From Elusimicrobiota bacterium (lineage in GTDB: Bacteria; Elusimicrobiota; Elusimicrobia; FEN-1173), in NCBI GenBank assembly GCA_041917295.1, contig JAYRXX010000025.1, positions 51,275-115,274 on the forward strand: a DNA stretch of 64,000 bases. Reading direction: 5' to 3'. A program made the position numbers and the translations under genes. Below the pieces are notes generated by a model. That model searched no databases. It saw nothing but the letters and a program-made list of their open reading frames with translations, and had not been told where the DNA came from. Every line of letters begins with the position of its first letter. Positions within the stretch are counted from its first letter, which is position 1. Of this stretch, positions 19,453-28,544 are shown one piece after another.

Positions 19453-20936
19453 CCCGAGGTCGGGTTTTTGTAAGCGCCGTTGGCATAGTCCTGGTGTCGG
19501 CGGGCTTGATGGCGGGAGAAGCCGTTGGTCCGGAATCCGACCCCGCTTCTTTGACGGCGGGGGTGGAACCGGTGTTGATTTCCACCTCACCGACGGAGAT
19601 GGAATCGGCGGGGTTACCCCCCGCGGGGCTGGACGGGGAAACGGCCGACCGGTCGGAACCTCTTGCCCCCTGGCTGGCCAAATCCGAAAAATATTTTGAG
19701 CGGGGTCTGGCGGCGGAATCGGCCGGAGACCTTCGCGCCGCTCGCCGCCACTACGCCCGCGCACTGAAAGTGTATTTGGATAACGCCGACGATGTCGCGG
19801 TGATGGACATGAAAACCACCATCGCCACCGTTTTGAATGGGGCCGAAACCCAGCGGTTCTCAGAATCGGATTCCCAGAAAAAAGAAGTCGGCGGTTTAGA
19901 CGCGATGACGGGGCCCCAACTCAAAAAGGTGGACGCCGCGGGGGTTCATCCGGTGGGATCGACGCGGTCTTACGTGATCCACATCGACGCCAACGACCCG
20001 CTGGTGAAAAAATACGTGGCGCTGTACACCGGCTCACTGAGAGATCGAACCCAGGCGGCGTTCGACCGCATGGGAAAATACATGGACATGGTGTCTCGGA
20101 CCATCGAGGAAGAACGGATGCCCCGGGAACTTATCTATTTGCCGGTTGTGGAAAGCGAGTATCACCTTTTCGCGGTGTCCAAGGCGGGCGCGGTGGGCCT
20201 GTGGCAATTTATGCCGACGACGGCCAAATACGCCGGCCTGAAAGTGAATTACTGGGTGGACGAACGGCGGGACCCCGACAAATCCACGCGCGCGGCCATG
20301 AAAACGTTGAAATCGCTTTACGACTGGTTTGACGATTGGCATTTGGCGTTGGCGGCGTACAACCGGGGAATGTACGGCATCCAGCGGGACTTGGAATTTA
20401 CCCGATCGACGGATTTCACGCTGTTGTCCAAACGCCAGGGAATTCCCCTGGAAACCGAGCAGTACGTGCCGAAGCTGATGGCCCTGGTTCTGATTGGGGA
20501 CAACGCGGCGGAATACGGGTTTCGGCCGCCGCGGGCATCGACCGCTTCCGCACCGGACACGGTGGTCCTTAACCGGCCGTTGGATCTTAAAGTGGCGGCC
20601 GCGTGCGCGGGTGTGTCTGAAACGGTGATCCGGGAACTGAACCCGTCCGTTCGGTTATGGGTGACGCCTTCCAATGAACCCCACTTTGCGTTCAAAGTTC
20701 CGGCGGGATCCAAGGATCGGTTCCAAGCGGCCCTGGCCCAGGTGAAAGATTGGAACCCGTCACCGGGATTTGTTCGCTATACGGTCCAAAAAGGCGATAT
20801 TTTGGGCCGCATCGCTGCGCGGTTTCGCACCACCCCGGCGGCGATCCAGCGTGAAAATAACCTGGCCAGCGCCCATCGCTTGCGGCCCGGACAGGTTCTG
20901 GTGGTTCGGCCCGGCCGGGGGTTCAAAGGGGAATAG
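19449..20936 (+). CDS. Membrane-bound lytic murein transglycosylase (SLT domain) with a C-terminal LysM domain, MltD-like
   Basis: SLT motifs ESEYHLFAVSKAGAVGLWQFMPTTA and AYNRG; C-terminal LysM (YTVQKGDILGRIAARF); ATGA overlap with murA. Confidence 0.8.
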   Translation: MTRGRVFVSAVGIVLVSAGLMAGEAVGPESDPASLTAGVEPVLISTSPTEMESAGLPPAGLDGETADRSEPLAPWLAKSEKYFERGLAAESAGDLRAARRHYARALKVYLDNADDVAVMDMKTTIATVLNGAETQRFSESDSQKKEVGGLDAMTGPQLKKVDAAGVHPVGSTRSYVIHIDANDPLVKKYVALYTGSLRDRTQAAFDRMGKYMDMVSRTIEEERMPRELIYLPVVESEYHLFAVSKAGAVGLWQFMPTTAKYAGLKVNYWVDERRDPDKSTRAAMKTLKSLYDWFDDWHLALAAYNRGMYGIQRDLEFTRSTDFTLLSKRQGIPLETEQYVPKLMALVLIGDNAAEYGFRPPRASTASAPDTVVLNRPLDLKVAAACAGVSETVIRELNPSVRLWVTPSNEPHFAFKVPAGSKDRFQAALAQVKDWNPSPGFVRYTVQKGDILGRIAARFRTTPAAIQRENNLASAHRLRPGQVLVVRPGRGFKGE

Positions 20937-20952
20937 CCGGGTTTATTCTTGT

Positions 20953-21120
20953 TAACCCGGATTCCCCAGTTGGGCGCGAGGACCGAGACGGAAAAGGCGG
21001 GCCTTTTTACGAACAAAAAAGTGCAGGCCGTAGCGGGGACTACGGGCAAACTTTTTTGTGAAGAAAAAAGACCCGAATTTTCCGTCGAATCCCGCGATCC
21101 AACTGGGGAATTCGGGTTAA
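20953..21120. repeat. MITE-like palindromic repeat, copy B (inverted relative to copy A)
   Basis: Reverse complement matches 9254-9420 over about 165 bp with a handful of mismatches; same ~20-bp terminal inverted repeats. Confidence 0.8.
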
Positions 21121-21280
21121 TACATTTCGTCATGGGTCCGGTCGTAAAATAACTCTTGAAATATTATTGTTTCTGCTTATACTATAACGGAGACACCATG
21201 GCGAGCTCGTTCCTTGAACGGTTTCCTTTCCGGCCCCTTCTCCATGGAAGGGGGGGCCCTTCCCTTGCCCGGGGACACCC

Positions 21281-22681
21281 GTGGCCTTGATCGATCCACC
21301 CCCGTTGGTTCTCTTTTCTCCTCGGATGAAATCCGCCCGGGCCCATTTGATTTCTGTTTTGTTGGGTCCCTTGGGACTGCCCGTGCTGAGTGGAATCACC
21401 CTTTGGGCCATGATTCGAGCGCCGGCCCCGGCCACCGACATTTTTCCTGTTTTTATCGCCCTGCAACTGTTGATCTACGTGGGGGCGGGTTTGAGCTGGG
21501 CGTTTGGGTTATCCCTGTTGGCCACGGCCGTGGCGTTGGCTGGGTTTTTCTTTTCGCCGGCGCCCTGGGCGCGGGCGCTGTTTTCCCTTTACGGGGTGTT
21601 GGTGTGGGTCCTGTTCGCTATTCTCAACGCGTTCGACCATCGGCGCGACTCAACCTGGAACCGGTTTCAGGAGGAATGGGACGGTTTGGAACTGGATCTG
21701 TCGCGGCTTCAGGCGGACGTGGAAAACGCGCGCACCATCGTGGAAGACAGCCAAACCCGCATCAACGCCTTCGATCGGCTTCAACTGTTTACGGACGACT
21801 TGGTGGGTCCTTATCACCGTGATGAACTGTTGCAACGGGCCCTGTCCGGGTTGGGGACCATGTTCCCCAAGTCGCGCGTGAGCCTGCATCTATTCCCCAA
21901 ACCCGACGTTCCGGACCCCAACGACGAGGTGGGCCTCAAAATGCTTCAATGGGGCCAGCCCCGTCTTCTGCCCAATCGGGGGTCGACGACCCCCACGTGG
22001 GAACCGGGCCTGTTGATTTGCCTCCCGGTGAAAGGCCGTGAAAGCTTTTTGGGTTGGATTTCTCTGGAAGCCAAACAGACGTCGCATCCGTTTCAAATCC
22101 ACGATTTGCGGCTGGCGTCCATCGCGTCCGACCTGGTGTCGTTGGCGTTGGGAAACACGGAACGCTACAGCCAAACCGAGGCGCTGGCCATTTCCGACGA
22201 ATTGACCGGCGTTTACACCCGGGGCTATTTCAACGAGCGGCTGTTGGAAGAATTCCGTAAGGCCCGCCACAACGGACGGCCGTTTTCGTTGGTGTTGCTC
22301 GACATCGATCACTTCAAAAAAATCAACGACGCCCACGGCCATCACATCGGCGATGAAGTGCTGCGCTGGCTGTCCCGCCTGGTGATGGCCCAAGCTCGGG
22401 AAACAGATTTTGTGGCGCGCTACGGGGGAGAAGAATTTGTGGTGATCATGCCCTCCACCCGGGGCGACGACGCGTTTCGGTTCACCCAGCGGTTGGTGAA
22501 AACAGTGGGGGGCACTCCGTTTCGATGGGGCCAGAAAAGCATTAAGGTGACTGTGTCCGCCGGGGTGGCCACCTTGTCCCACGACGTCCCCAACGAGGAG
22601 GAAATGATCCGCCGGTCGGACGAGGCGCTGTACGCCGCCAAAAAAGGGGGACGCAACCGCGTGAGAGCCTATGAGCGTTGA
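21281..22681 (+). CDS. Membrane-anchored diguanylate cyclase with GAF-like and GGDEF domains
   Basis: Multiple N-terminal TM helices; GGEEF active-site motif (RYGGEEFVVIMP) and an RxxD-like I-site context. The start codon is uncertain because the ORF track uses a non-ATG start. Confidence 0.8.
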   Translation: MALIDPPPLVLFSPRMKSARAHLISVLLGPLGLPVLSGITLWAMIRAPAPATDIFPVFIALQLLIYVGAGLSWAFGLSLLATAVALAGFFFSPAPWARALFSLYGVLVWVLFAILNAFDHRRDSTWNRFQEEWDGLELDLSRLQADVENARTIVEDSQTRINAFDRLQLFTDDLVGPYHRDELLQRALSGLGTMFPKSRVSLHLFPKPDVPDPNDEVGLKMLQWGQPRLLPNRGSTTPTWEPGLLICLPVKGRESFLGWISLEAKQTSHPFQIHDLRLASIASDLVSLALGNTERYSQTEALAISDELTGVYTRGYFNERLLEEFRKARHNGRPFSLVLLDIDHFKKINDAHGHHIGDEVLRWLSRLVMAQARETDFVARYGGEEFVVIMPSTRGDDAFRFTQRLVKTVGGTPFRWGQKSIKVTVSAGVATLSHDVPNEEEMIRRSDEALYAAKKGGRNRVRAYER

Positions 22682-24011
22682 GGGCGGTCTGGTGCACGCG
22701 GTCTTAACGTGGGGGGTGGTGCCTGTGTTGTGGGGGTGCCTGTACCTTAAACCGGCTCGCTGTTTGTGGGTGGTGTTTGTGTTTGCGGGAGCGGCGTCGG
22801 TCCACTCGTTTTCTTACCCGTCTGGTCCCTGGGCGGATTTGCTCTTGCATTGGGGCACGTATGCACTGGCGGTGTTGGTCCCGTTTTTCTATGTCCGGGC
22901 CCAAAAAGCCTTGGCCCGCGAATTCGCCAAAAAACAGGCGGCTCTGCACGATCAACGGACAAAAATTCAACTGGCCCACGACGCGGTTCACCGGGAAAAA
23001 AGCGACCGCCAGGAACAACTGGAACGACTGCAAAATCGCTTTGCTTTGGTGCAGGTGATGGCCACAAAACTGGAAGCGGGCGAAATCCTTCAAACCCTGG
23101 GCCACATGTGGCGCAAACGGCCGGGCGTAAAAGGGTGCTTGATCTTGCGGCGGCAACTCAACGGCAGTTGGGGAACCTCTTTTACCGATGGCCATTTTAA
23201 TGTTCAAGACTGGTTGCGGGTTTTGGCGTCGCACCCGTCCATGGCCCGGTCTCGCAACATTCGCCGTTACGCCACGCCGACCAAACAGCTCACGTTGCCC
23301 GGCCAGCCGTTTGGGTCCACCTGTTTGTTGGTCCCGTTTACCTGGGACAAAGACATTTTGGCTCTGGGCATTTTGGAGGTGGATTCCCCGCACACCGAGG
23401 AAAGCACCGACGGGTTCAACATCGAGCGTAAAATCGTTTCCATCGGATTGCGCCGGGCGGACCTCTACGACTTGATGACCGAACGCAGCCGGTACGACGC
23501 CTTGACCGGTGCGTTTTTGCGCCGCAGTTTAATGGAGCGCTTGGAAGACGCCCTGCGCAAGTCCCACCGGTACAACACGCCCTTGTTTTTTGCGTTGTTG
23601 GACATTGACCATTTCAAAGAACTCAACGATCGCTGGGGCCATTTGGCGGGCGATCGGGCGCTGGTGGGGTTGGCCAACGCCGTGCGCAAAATGGCCCATC
23701 CCGGCATTTCGTTGGGACGGTTGGGCGGCGACGAGTTCGCCCTCATTTTTGAACTGGATTCGGTGAAAGAGGTGATGGCCTGGTTCGACAAGCTTCGGGC
23801 GTATGTTCATGAAAATCCATTGCGCGAGCGCGACACGGCGGTTCGGTATACGTTGAGCGCGGGAATCAGTGCCTACCTCCCGGGCCGGCCGCCGGTCTCG
23901 GAATTGATGGCCCAAGCCGATCACGCGTTGTATCAAGCCAAACGGGCCGGTCGCGACCGGGTCGTGGCGTGGCAAGGGCCGAACACGGCGGTTCCGGCGG
24001 GGAAAAAATAA
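22671..24011 (+). CDS. Second diguanylate cyclase with N-terminal TM and GAF-like domains
   Basis: GGDEF motif (RLGGDEFALIF); start overlaps the upstream GGDEF gene by 11 nt. Confidence 0.8.
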   Translation: MSVEGGLVHAVLTWGVVPVLWGCLYLKPARCLWVVFVFAGAASVHSFSYPSGPWADLLLHWGTYALAVLVPFFYVRAQKALAREFAKKQAALHDQRTKIQLAHDAVHREKSDRQEQLERLQNRFALVQVMATKLEAGEILQTLGHMWRKRPGVKGCLILRRQLNGSWGTSFTDGHFNVQDWLRVLASHPSMARSRNIRRYATPTKQLTLPGQPFGSTCLLVPFTWDKDILALGILEVDSPHTEESTDGFNIERKIVSIGLRRADLYDLMTERSRYDALTGAFLRRSLMERLEDALRKSHRYNTPLFFALLDIDHFKELNDRWGHLAGDRALVGLANAVRKMAHPGISLGRLGGDEFALIFELDSVKEVMAWFDKLRAYVHENPLRERDTAVRYTLSAGISAYLPGRPPVSELMAQADHALYQAKRAGRDRVVAWQGPNTAVPAGKK

Positions 24012-24012
24012 A

Positions 24013-25146
24013 ATGGCCCGACTGTCCCTTCAAAATGTGTCCAAGTGGTACGGCTTGGTGCCCGCGTTGCAAAACGTATCGTTTGACGTGGGCGACCGGG
24101 AACTGTTCGTGTTGGTGGGTCCCTCCGGGTGCGGGAAAACGACGCTTCTTCGGCTCATCGCGGGATTGGAGGATGTTTCCGACGGGAAAATTCTGATCGA
24201 TCAGCGGTTGGTCAACCACGACAAACCCAAAACCCGAAACATCGCCATGGTGTTCCAAAATTTTGCTCTGTACCCGCACATGACGGTGATGGAAAACATG
24301 TCGTTTGGGTTGCGCATGCGGGGATACTCGCCGGAAGAAATTGACCAGCGGGTCCGCCACGCCGCCGACATGCTGGACCTGACGGGATTGCTCCATCGCA
24401 AACCCGGCGAAATTTCCGGCGGCCAACGCCAACGGGTGGCCGTCGGGCGAGCCATCGTGCGCAAACCCAAAGTGTTTTTGTTCGATGAGCCGTTTTCAAA
24501 TCTGGACGCGAAAATGCGGGGCGAAACCCGGGCCGAACTGTTGCGCCTGCATGAACGGCTTCAAACCACCATGGTCTACGTGACCCACGACCAGGTGGAA
24601 GCCATGACGCTGGGTGACCGCATTGCCGTGCTTAAAGACGGCGCCATTCAACAAATCGGCAAACCTATTGATCTTTATCGTCGGCCGAAAAACCGGTTCG
24701 TGGCCGAGTTCATCGGAACGCCGCCCATGAACATTTTTAATGTCACGGTGTTGGATCGGGGCGACAGCGTGTGGTTGGATCAAGGCCATTTCCAACTGAA
24801 ATTGCCGGGGCGGTATCACCGAGCAGGGTTTTTGCGCGATGGACTTGAAATTCTGTTGGGCATTCGGCCGGAGGATATCCACGATCGCTTGTTTGAGACC
24901 GCCGCGGTGTCCGACGGAAACACGGTGATCGCCATGGTCCAGCTGGTGGAACCAGTGGGCGCCGAAACCCACGTGCACTTGGAAGCGGGGGGAACCCGGT
25001 TCATTGCGCGGGTTCGTCCCGACAACCCGCTGGAAATGAATCAGCCAATGGAAATGGTGTTTGATTTGGAAAAAATCAATCTCTTTTCCAAGGATGGAAA
25101 AGAGCGCTTTTCATTGGAAGGCGAAGCCCCTTTTAACGCAGGTTAA
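24013..25146 (+). CDS. ABC transporter ATP-binding protein (MalK/UgpC-like sugar-import ATPase with a C-terminal TOBE-like regulatory domain)
   Basis: Walker A GPSGCGKTT, signature LSGGQRQRVAVGRA, Walker B FLFDEP; 377 aa. Confidence 0.85.
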   Translation: MARLSLQNVSKWYGLVPALQNVSFDVGDRELFVLVGPSGCGKTTLLRLIAGLEDVSDGKILIDQRLVNHDKPKTRNIAMVFQNFALYPHMTVMENMSFGLRMRGYSPEEIDQRVRHAADMLDLTGLLHRKPGEISGGQRQRVAVGRAIVRKPKVFLFDEPFSNLDAKMRGETRAELLRLHERLQTTMVYVTHDQVEAMTLGDRIAVLKDGAIQQIGKPIDLYRRPKNRFVAEFIGTPPMNIFNVTVLDRGDSVWLDQGHFQLKLPGRYHRAGFLRDGLEILLGIRPEDIHDRLFETAAVSDGNTVIAMVQLVEPVGAETHVHLEAGGTRFIARVRPDNPLEMNQPMEMVFDLEKINLFSKDGKERFSLEGEAPFNAG

Positions 25147-25149
25147 AAG

Positions 25150-25211
25150 GGTTCAAGTCCCCCTCCTTAGACTGGAGGTAAGACCATCAAATCTGCCGGA
25201 GGGGGGACTTG
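25150..25211. repeat. Hairpin plus a 27-bp direct-repeat copy of the tRNA-Leu 3' end
   Basis: Arms GTTCAAGTCCCCCTCC and GGAGGGGGGACTTG. The segment CATCAAATCTGCCGGAGGGGGGACTTG recurs at about 25361-25387 inside and flanking tRNA-Leu. Confidence 0.6.
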
Positions 25212-25369
25212 CCTTCCAGGATCGCGGCTTTCCTACCCCCGCCGCGACCCTTCCAGGCCGGCCCGATCACTGACGGGCCCTCTCGGCGGGCCCTTTTCCT
25301 CCCATAAGGTCGGCGTGATCGGGCGTTCAAGCCCCTCCTCCGGAATTAGAGGGGAAAGAACATCAAATC

Positions 25370-25455
25370 TGCCGGAGGGGGGACTTGAACCCCCACGCCG
25401 CCTAAGCGGCTTGAGATTTTGAGTCTCACGCGTCTGCCAATTTCGCCACCCCGGC
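25370..25455 (-). tRNA. tRNA-Leu(CAA), class II with a long variable arm
   Basis: Minus-strand sequence GCCGGGGTGGCG...TGAGA-CTCAAAA-TCTCA...GGGGGTTCAAGTCCCCCCTCCGGCA. Acceptor stem 7 bp with one G-U pair, anticodon loop CUCAAAA, T-loop TTCAAGT; 86 nt. Confidence 0.85.
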
Positions 25456-25518
25456 TTGAGGTCGTATTATCGCTTTTTCTTCGTTCCTTCGTCAATAACT
25501 GTTAAAATCAGTTTGCCC

Positions 25519-25935
25519 ATGAGAAAAACGTATTCGTTTTCCAATCTTGTTTCCTTGATGGCTCGACTGCGCGGGCCCCGCGGTTGCCCGTGGGACCGGA
25601 AACAAACCCATCAAACCCTTTTAAAATATCTGAAGGAAGAGTCCGCCGAAGTGGTGGACGCGGTGCGCAAGGGAAATCCGGACCACTTGTGCGAAGAGTT
25701 GGGGGACTTGCTCCTCCAAATCCTGTTTCATTCCCAGATCGCCGCCGAGAAAAAGCGGTTCACTGTCCACGATGTGGTGGACGGCTTGGCGAAAAAACTG
25801 GTTCGGCGCCATCCCCACGTGTTCGGCGCCATGAAATTAACAACCGCCGCCCAAGTCGCCGCCCGGTGGGACGAGATCAAAAAAATGGAACGGGCCCTCA
25901 AAAAACAAGACCGTCCGCAGTCCCGACGCCCATGA
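25519..25935 (+). CDS. mazG: MazG-family nucleoside triphosphate pyrophosphohydrolase
   Basis: EExxE/ExxD-type MazG motifs (KEESAEVVDAVRKG; CEELGDLLLQI). Start placed at the ATG giving MRKTYSF, after the tRNA. Confidence 0.8.
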   Translation: MRKTYSFSNLVSLMARLRGPRGCPWDRKQTHQTLLKYLKEESAEVVDAVRKGNPDHLCEELGDLLLQILFHSQIAAEKKRFTVHDVVDGLAKKLVRRHPHVFGAMKLTTAAQVAARWDEIKKMERALKKQDRPQSRRP

Positions 25936-26717
25936 ACCGGCGGTCCCGCCGCGCGCCGTCCGTTAAAAAAAATAGTTTCCGGGCGGTGTTTTTTGACGCG
26001 GGCAATACCTTGGTTCGGGCGCACCCCTCCGTGGGCCACATCTATGCCCACACCGCGCGCCGTCACGGGGTGAGGGTTCCTGTTGATCAGGTGGATCATC
26101 GATTCAAAGAGGTTTGGAAAAACCGACACGGCGTGGTGCATCTGAAAACCGACCGCGCCGAAAAAGAATGGTGGCGGAAGATGGTTCGGCAGGTGATGGG
26201 AGCCCACTTTTCGCCGTCGGGGTTCCGCACCTATTTTGAAGACCTTTACGGGCTGTTCGCCCACCCGCGCCATTGGCGTTTGTTCGATGACGCCTTGCCC
26301 ACCTTGAGAACGTTGCGGGCGCGGGGGCTGAAAGTGGGAATTATTTCCAATTGGGACTCCCGATTGGTTACGTTGGCCAAACGAATCGGGCTCGATAAAG
26401 AAGTCGAGTTCCTTTTGGTCTCGGCGGTGGAAGGGTTGGTGAAACCCGACCGTCGCTTGTTTGAACGCGCCCTTGACCGCGCCCAGGTCAAACCCCACGA
26501 AGCCGTGCATGTGGGCGACAGCTTGCACGAGGATTATCACGGCGCCCAGGGCGCGGGCCTGGCCGCTCTTCTGTTGGATCGCCATCACCCCGGTCCCCCC
26601 GGCATCAAAACCATCCGTTCATTAACGGAAATAATTTCTTTTACAAATGGTGGTATGATTCATCCGCCTCATTCTCCATTGACAAGAAGTCGTTTCGGAG
26701 TCACAATAAGTTCATGA
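25932..26717 (+). CDS. HAD-superfamily hydrolase
   Basis: HAD motif I FFDAGNTL, motif III K in VKPD, motif IV VGDSLHED. The ATG overlaps the mazG stop (ATGA). The longer track ORF from 25584 is an alternate-frame artefact. Confidence 0.75.
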   Translation: MNRRSRRAPSVKKNSFRAVFFDAGNTLVRAHPSVGHIYAHTARRHGVRVPVDQVDHRFKEVWKNRHGVVHLKTDRAEKEWWRKMVRQVMGAHFSPSGFRTYFEDLYGLFAHPRHWRLFDDALPTLRTLRARGLKVGIISNWDSRLVTLAKRIGLDKEVEFLLVSAVEGLVKPDRRLFERALDRAQVKPHEAVHVGDSLHEDYHGAQGAGLAALLLDRHHPGPPGIKTIRSLTEIISFTNGGMIHPPHSPLTRSRFGVTISS

Positions 26718-27118
26718 GCAATCGGGCTCTCTTGTTGGTTGGGTTGTTCCTCTTCGGGGTGTATGCGCTTCCGGGGAAGGTTTGTCCGACGTCGGAAGGG
26801 ACACGGACGTCCCCGATGGTCGACGCGTCTGCGGGGGCGGTTCCTCCGTGCCATCGTCGGGCTGAAACCAACACCTCCCCCAGCGTCCCCTGCGAAAAAA
26901 TGGTTTGTTGTTTGGTTCCGGAGGCCGCTCGGGGGTTTGCTTATCCTATCCTGGTTCCCCGATCAGAAAACGTTTCATTCCTTTCTTATCTAATTGAGGC
27001 ACCCCGTTCTTTTGGGGAGTCGCTACTCCGATCTGTTCCTTTTTCGGCCCAGGCCCCTCCGGGGGAAATTGGGTTCCTTTCTCTTAGTTCCTCTCCTCGC
27101 GGTCCCCCCGTCGCCTGA
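26714..27118 (+). CDS. Hypothetical small Cys-containing secreted protein
   Basis: Signal-peptide-like N-terminus and ATGA coupling to the HAD gene. No recognisable domain, and composition is GC-biased, so it may be spurious. Confidence 0.3.
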   Translation: MSNRALLLVGLFLFGVYALPGKVCPTSEGTRTSPMVDASAGAVPPCHRRAETNTSPSVPCEKMVCCLVPEAARGFAYPILVPRSENVSFLSYLIEAPRSFGESLLRSVPFSAQAPPGEIGFLSLSSSPRGPPVA

Positions 27119-27166
27119 CGGGGCGTAATCAATCATTCAATCTGTGTGAGGGCTTAGGCCCCGTCT

Positions 27167-27223
27167 ATTTCGTAAGAAGACGAAATTTTTACAACTGGAT
27201 TCCCGATAAAACCATTCGGGAAT
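27167..27223. promoter_or_regulatory. Two palindromic operator-like sites upstream of the cus-type efflux operon
   Basis: ATTTCGT-aagaag-ACGAAAT at about 27167-27186 and ATTCCCGA-n9-TCGGGAAT at about 27199-27223, in the 120-bp AT-richer spacer upstream of the OMF gene. Confidence 0.5.
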
Positions 27224-27241
27224 GAGAATGACGGGGAAAGA

Positions 27242-28543
27242 GTGGAAGGAGGACAAATGAGGTTCCTATTTGTTATTGGCGTTATTGCGGTTTTAATTGG
27301 ACCGGCGCGGGCAACCGAATCGGACGGATCGATGGAATCGTTTTTGGACCTGGTTCAACAGCGCAATCCGGACCTTCGCGCGATGAGGGCGTCGCTGGAC
27401 GCCCTTCGGGCTCGACGAAAATCAGCCCGCGTGTGGGACAATCCCATTTTGGGTTATTCCAAAGAAGACGAGCCGGGCGGCGGCGAGGTGACCCACTGGC
27501 GAGGTGAGCAGGACATTCCGTTCCCCGGCAAGCGGACCCTGGAAGGAGACATGGCCGCTTACGAAGCCGAAGCGATGGAGGCGGAGACCTTAGCGAAATC
27601 CCTTGCGGTTCGGGCCCAGGCGCGGTCCCTTTTGTTTCGGTTCAACCGGACTCAAAAAATGTCCCGTCTTCTTTCCGAGCAGATCGCCCTTGTCGACACG
27701 TTAACCGGGTCGATTCGCGGGCGGATAGCGCGGGTTCAAGGCGGCGGCTCTTCGACAGGGTCGATGAATCCGCCGGGCATGGCCGGGTCGCCCGCCGGCG
27801 ACGGAGGGTCGGCTTATTTTGCCCTGGAATCCGAGCGGACCCGTCTGGCCAATGCGTTACTGCAGGAAAATCTGGAAAACCGTTCCACCGTCCGGGAACT
27901 GAACGCGTTGCTGGATCGGCCAGTACTGACTCCCTTTGAAACGGTTCTCGTGCCGTCCCTTCACCTTCCGAATGAAACGGCGGACGAATTGGTTCAACGG
28001 TCCGTACAGTCGAGTCCGGCCCGTCTGCGCGCGCTTAAAGATCAGCGGGCCGCCCAGGCGCGGTTGAGCCGGGCGCGCCTTGAGTTCGCGCCGGATTTTT
28101 CTGTCATGTATGACTGGATGAAAGACAAAGAGGGGATGACCGGATCGGAAAAGGGGATTTCCGCATCTCTTCCGTTGTGGTGGAACCGTCCCCGGGGGGA
28201 ATTGGCTCAAGCGCGGGCGGCGTTGGTCTCGGTGGACCATTCGGCGCGTGCGGTGAACCGGGACGCCGAGCGGGCCGTGTGGACTCGTTACGATGAAGTG
28301 GAAACGGGGTTTAAGGTGTTGCGCAACATTGAAACTGGCCTCCTTCCGTCGGCACGGAGCGCTTTCAATATAGAGCGGGCGCGGTTTGAATCCGGCCGCG
28401 GCGAGGTGACCCTGTTTTTAGAAACCTTTCGCGGTGTTTTAATGGCCGAAATGGACCGCCAGCGTGCCATTGAAGAATTCGCCGCTCGCTGGGGTGCGTT
28501 GGAACAGGAAGTGGGCGGGCCCGTCATTCTTAAGGAGAAATAA
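27242..28543 (+). CDS. Outer-membrane efflux protein (TolC/OMF family, CusC/CzcC-like)
   Basis: 433 aa with a signal peptide and two OEP-repeat-like coiled regions, located upstream of the adaptor and RND pump genes. Confidence 0.8.
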   Translation: MEGGQMRFLFVIGVIAVLIGPARATESDGSMESFLDLVQQRNPDLRAMRASLDALRARRKSARVWDNPILGYSKEDEPGGGEVTHWRGEQDIPFPGKRTLEGDMAAYEAEAMEAETLAKSLAVRAQARSLLFRFNRTQKMSRLLSEQIALVDTLTGSIRGRIARVQGGGSSTGSMNPPGMAGSPAGDGGSAYFALESERTRLANALLQENLENRSTVRELNALLDRPVLTPFETVLVPSLHLPNETADELVQRSVQSSPARLRALKDQRAAQARLSRARLEFAPDFSVMYDWMKDKEGMTGSEKGISASLPLWWNRPRGELAQARAALVSVDHSARAVNRDAERAVWTRYDEVETGFKVLRNIETGLLPSARSAFNIERARFESGRGEVTLFLETFRGVLMAEMDRQRAIEEFAARWGALEQEVGGPVILKEK

Positions 28544-28544
28544 A

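Noticed and set aside
25584-26717. 377-aa ORF beginning inside mazG
   Set aside because: The N-terminal 116 aa overlap mazG in another frame and are Arg/Pro-rich; the HAD hydrolase core starts at the ATG at 25932 (ATGA coupling).
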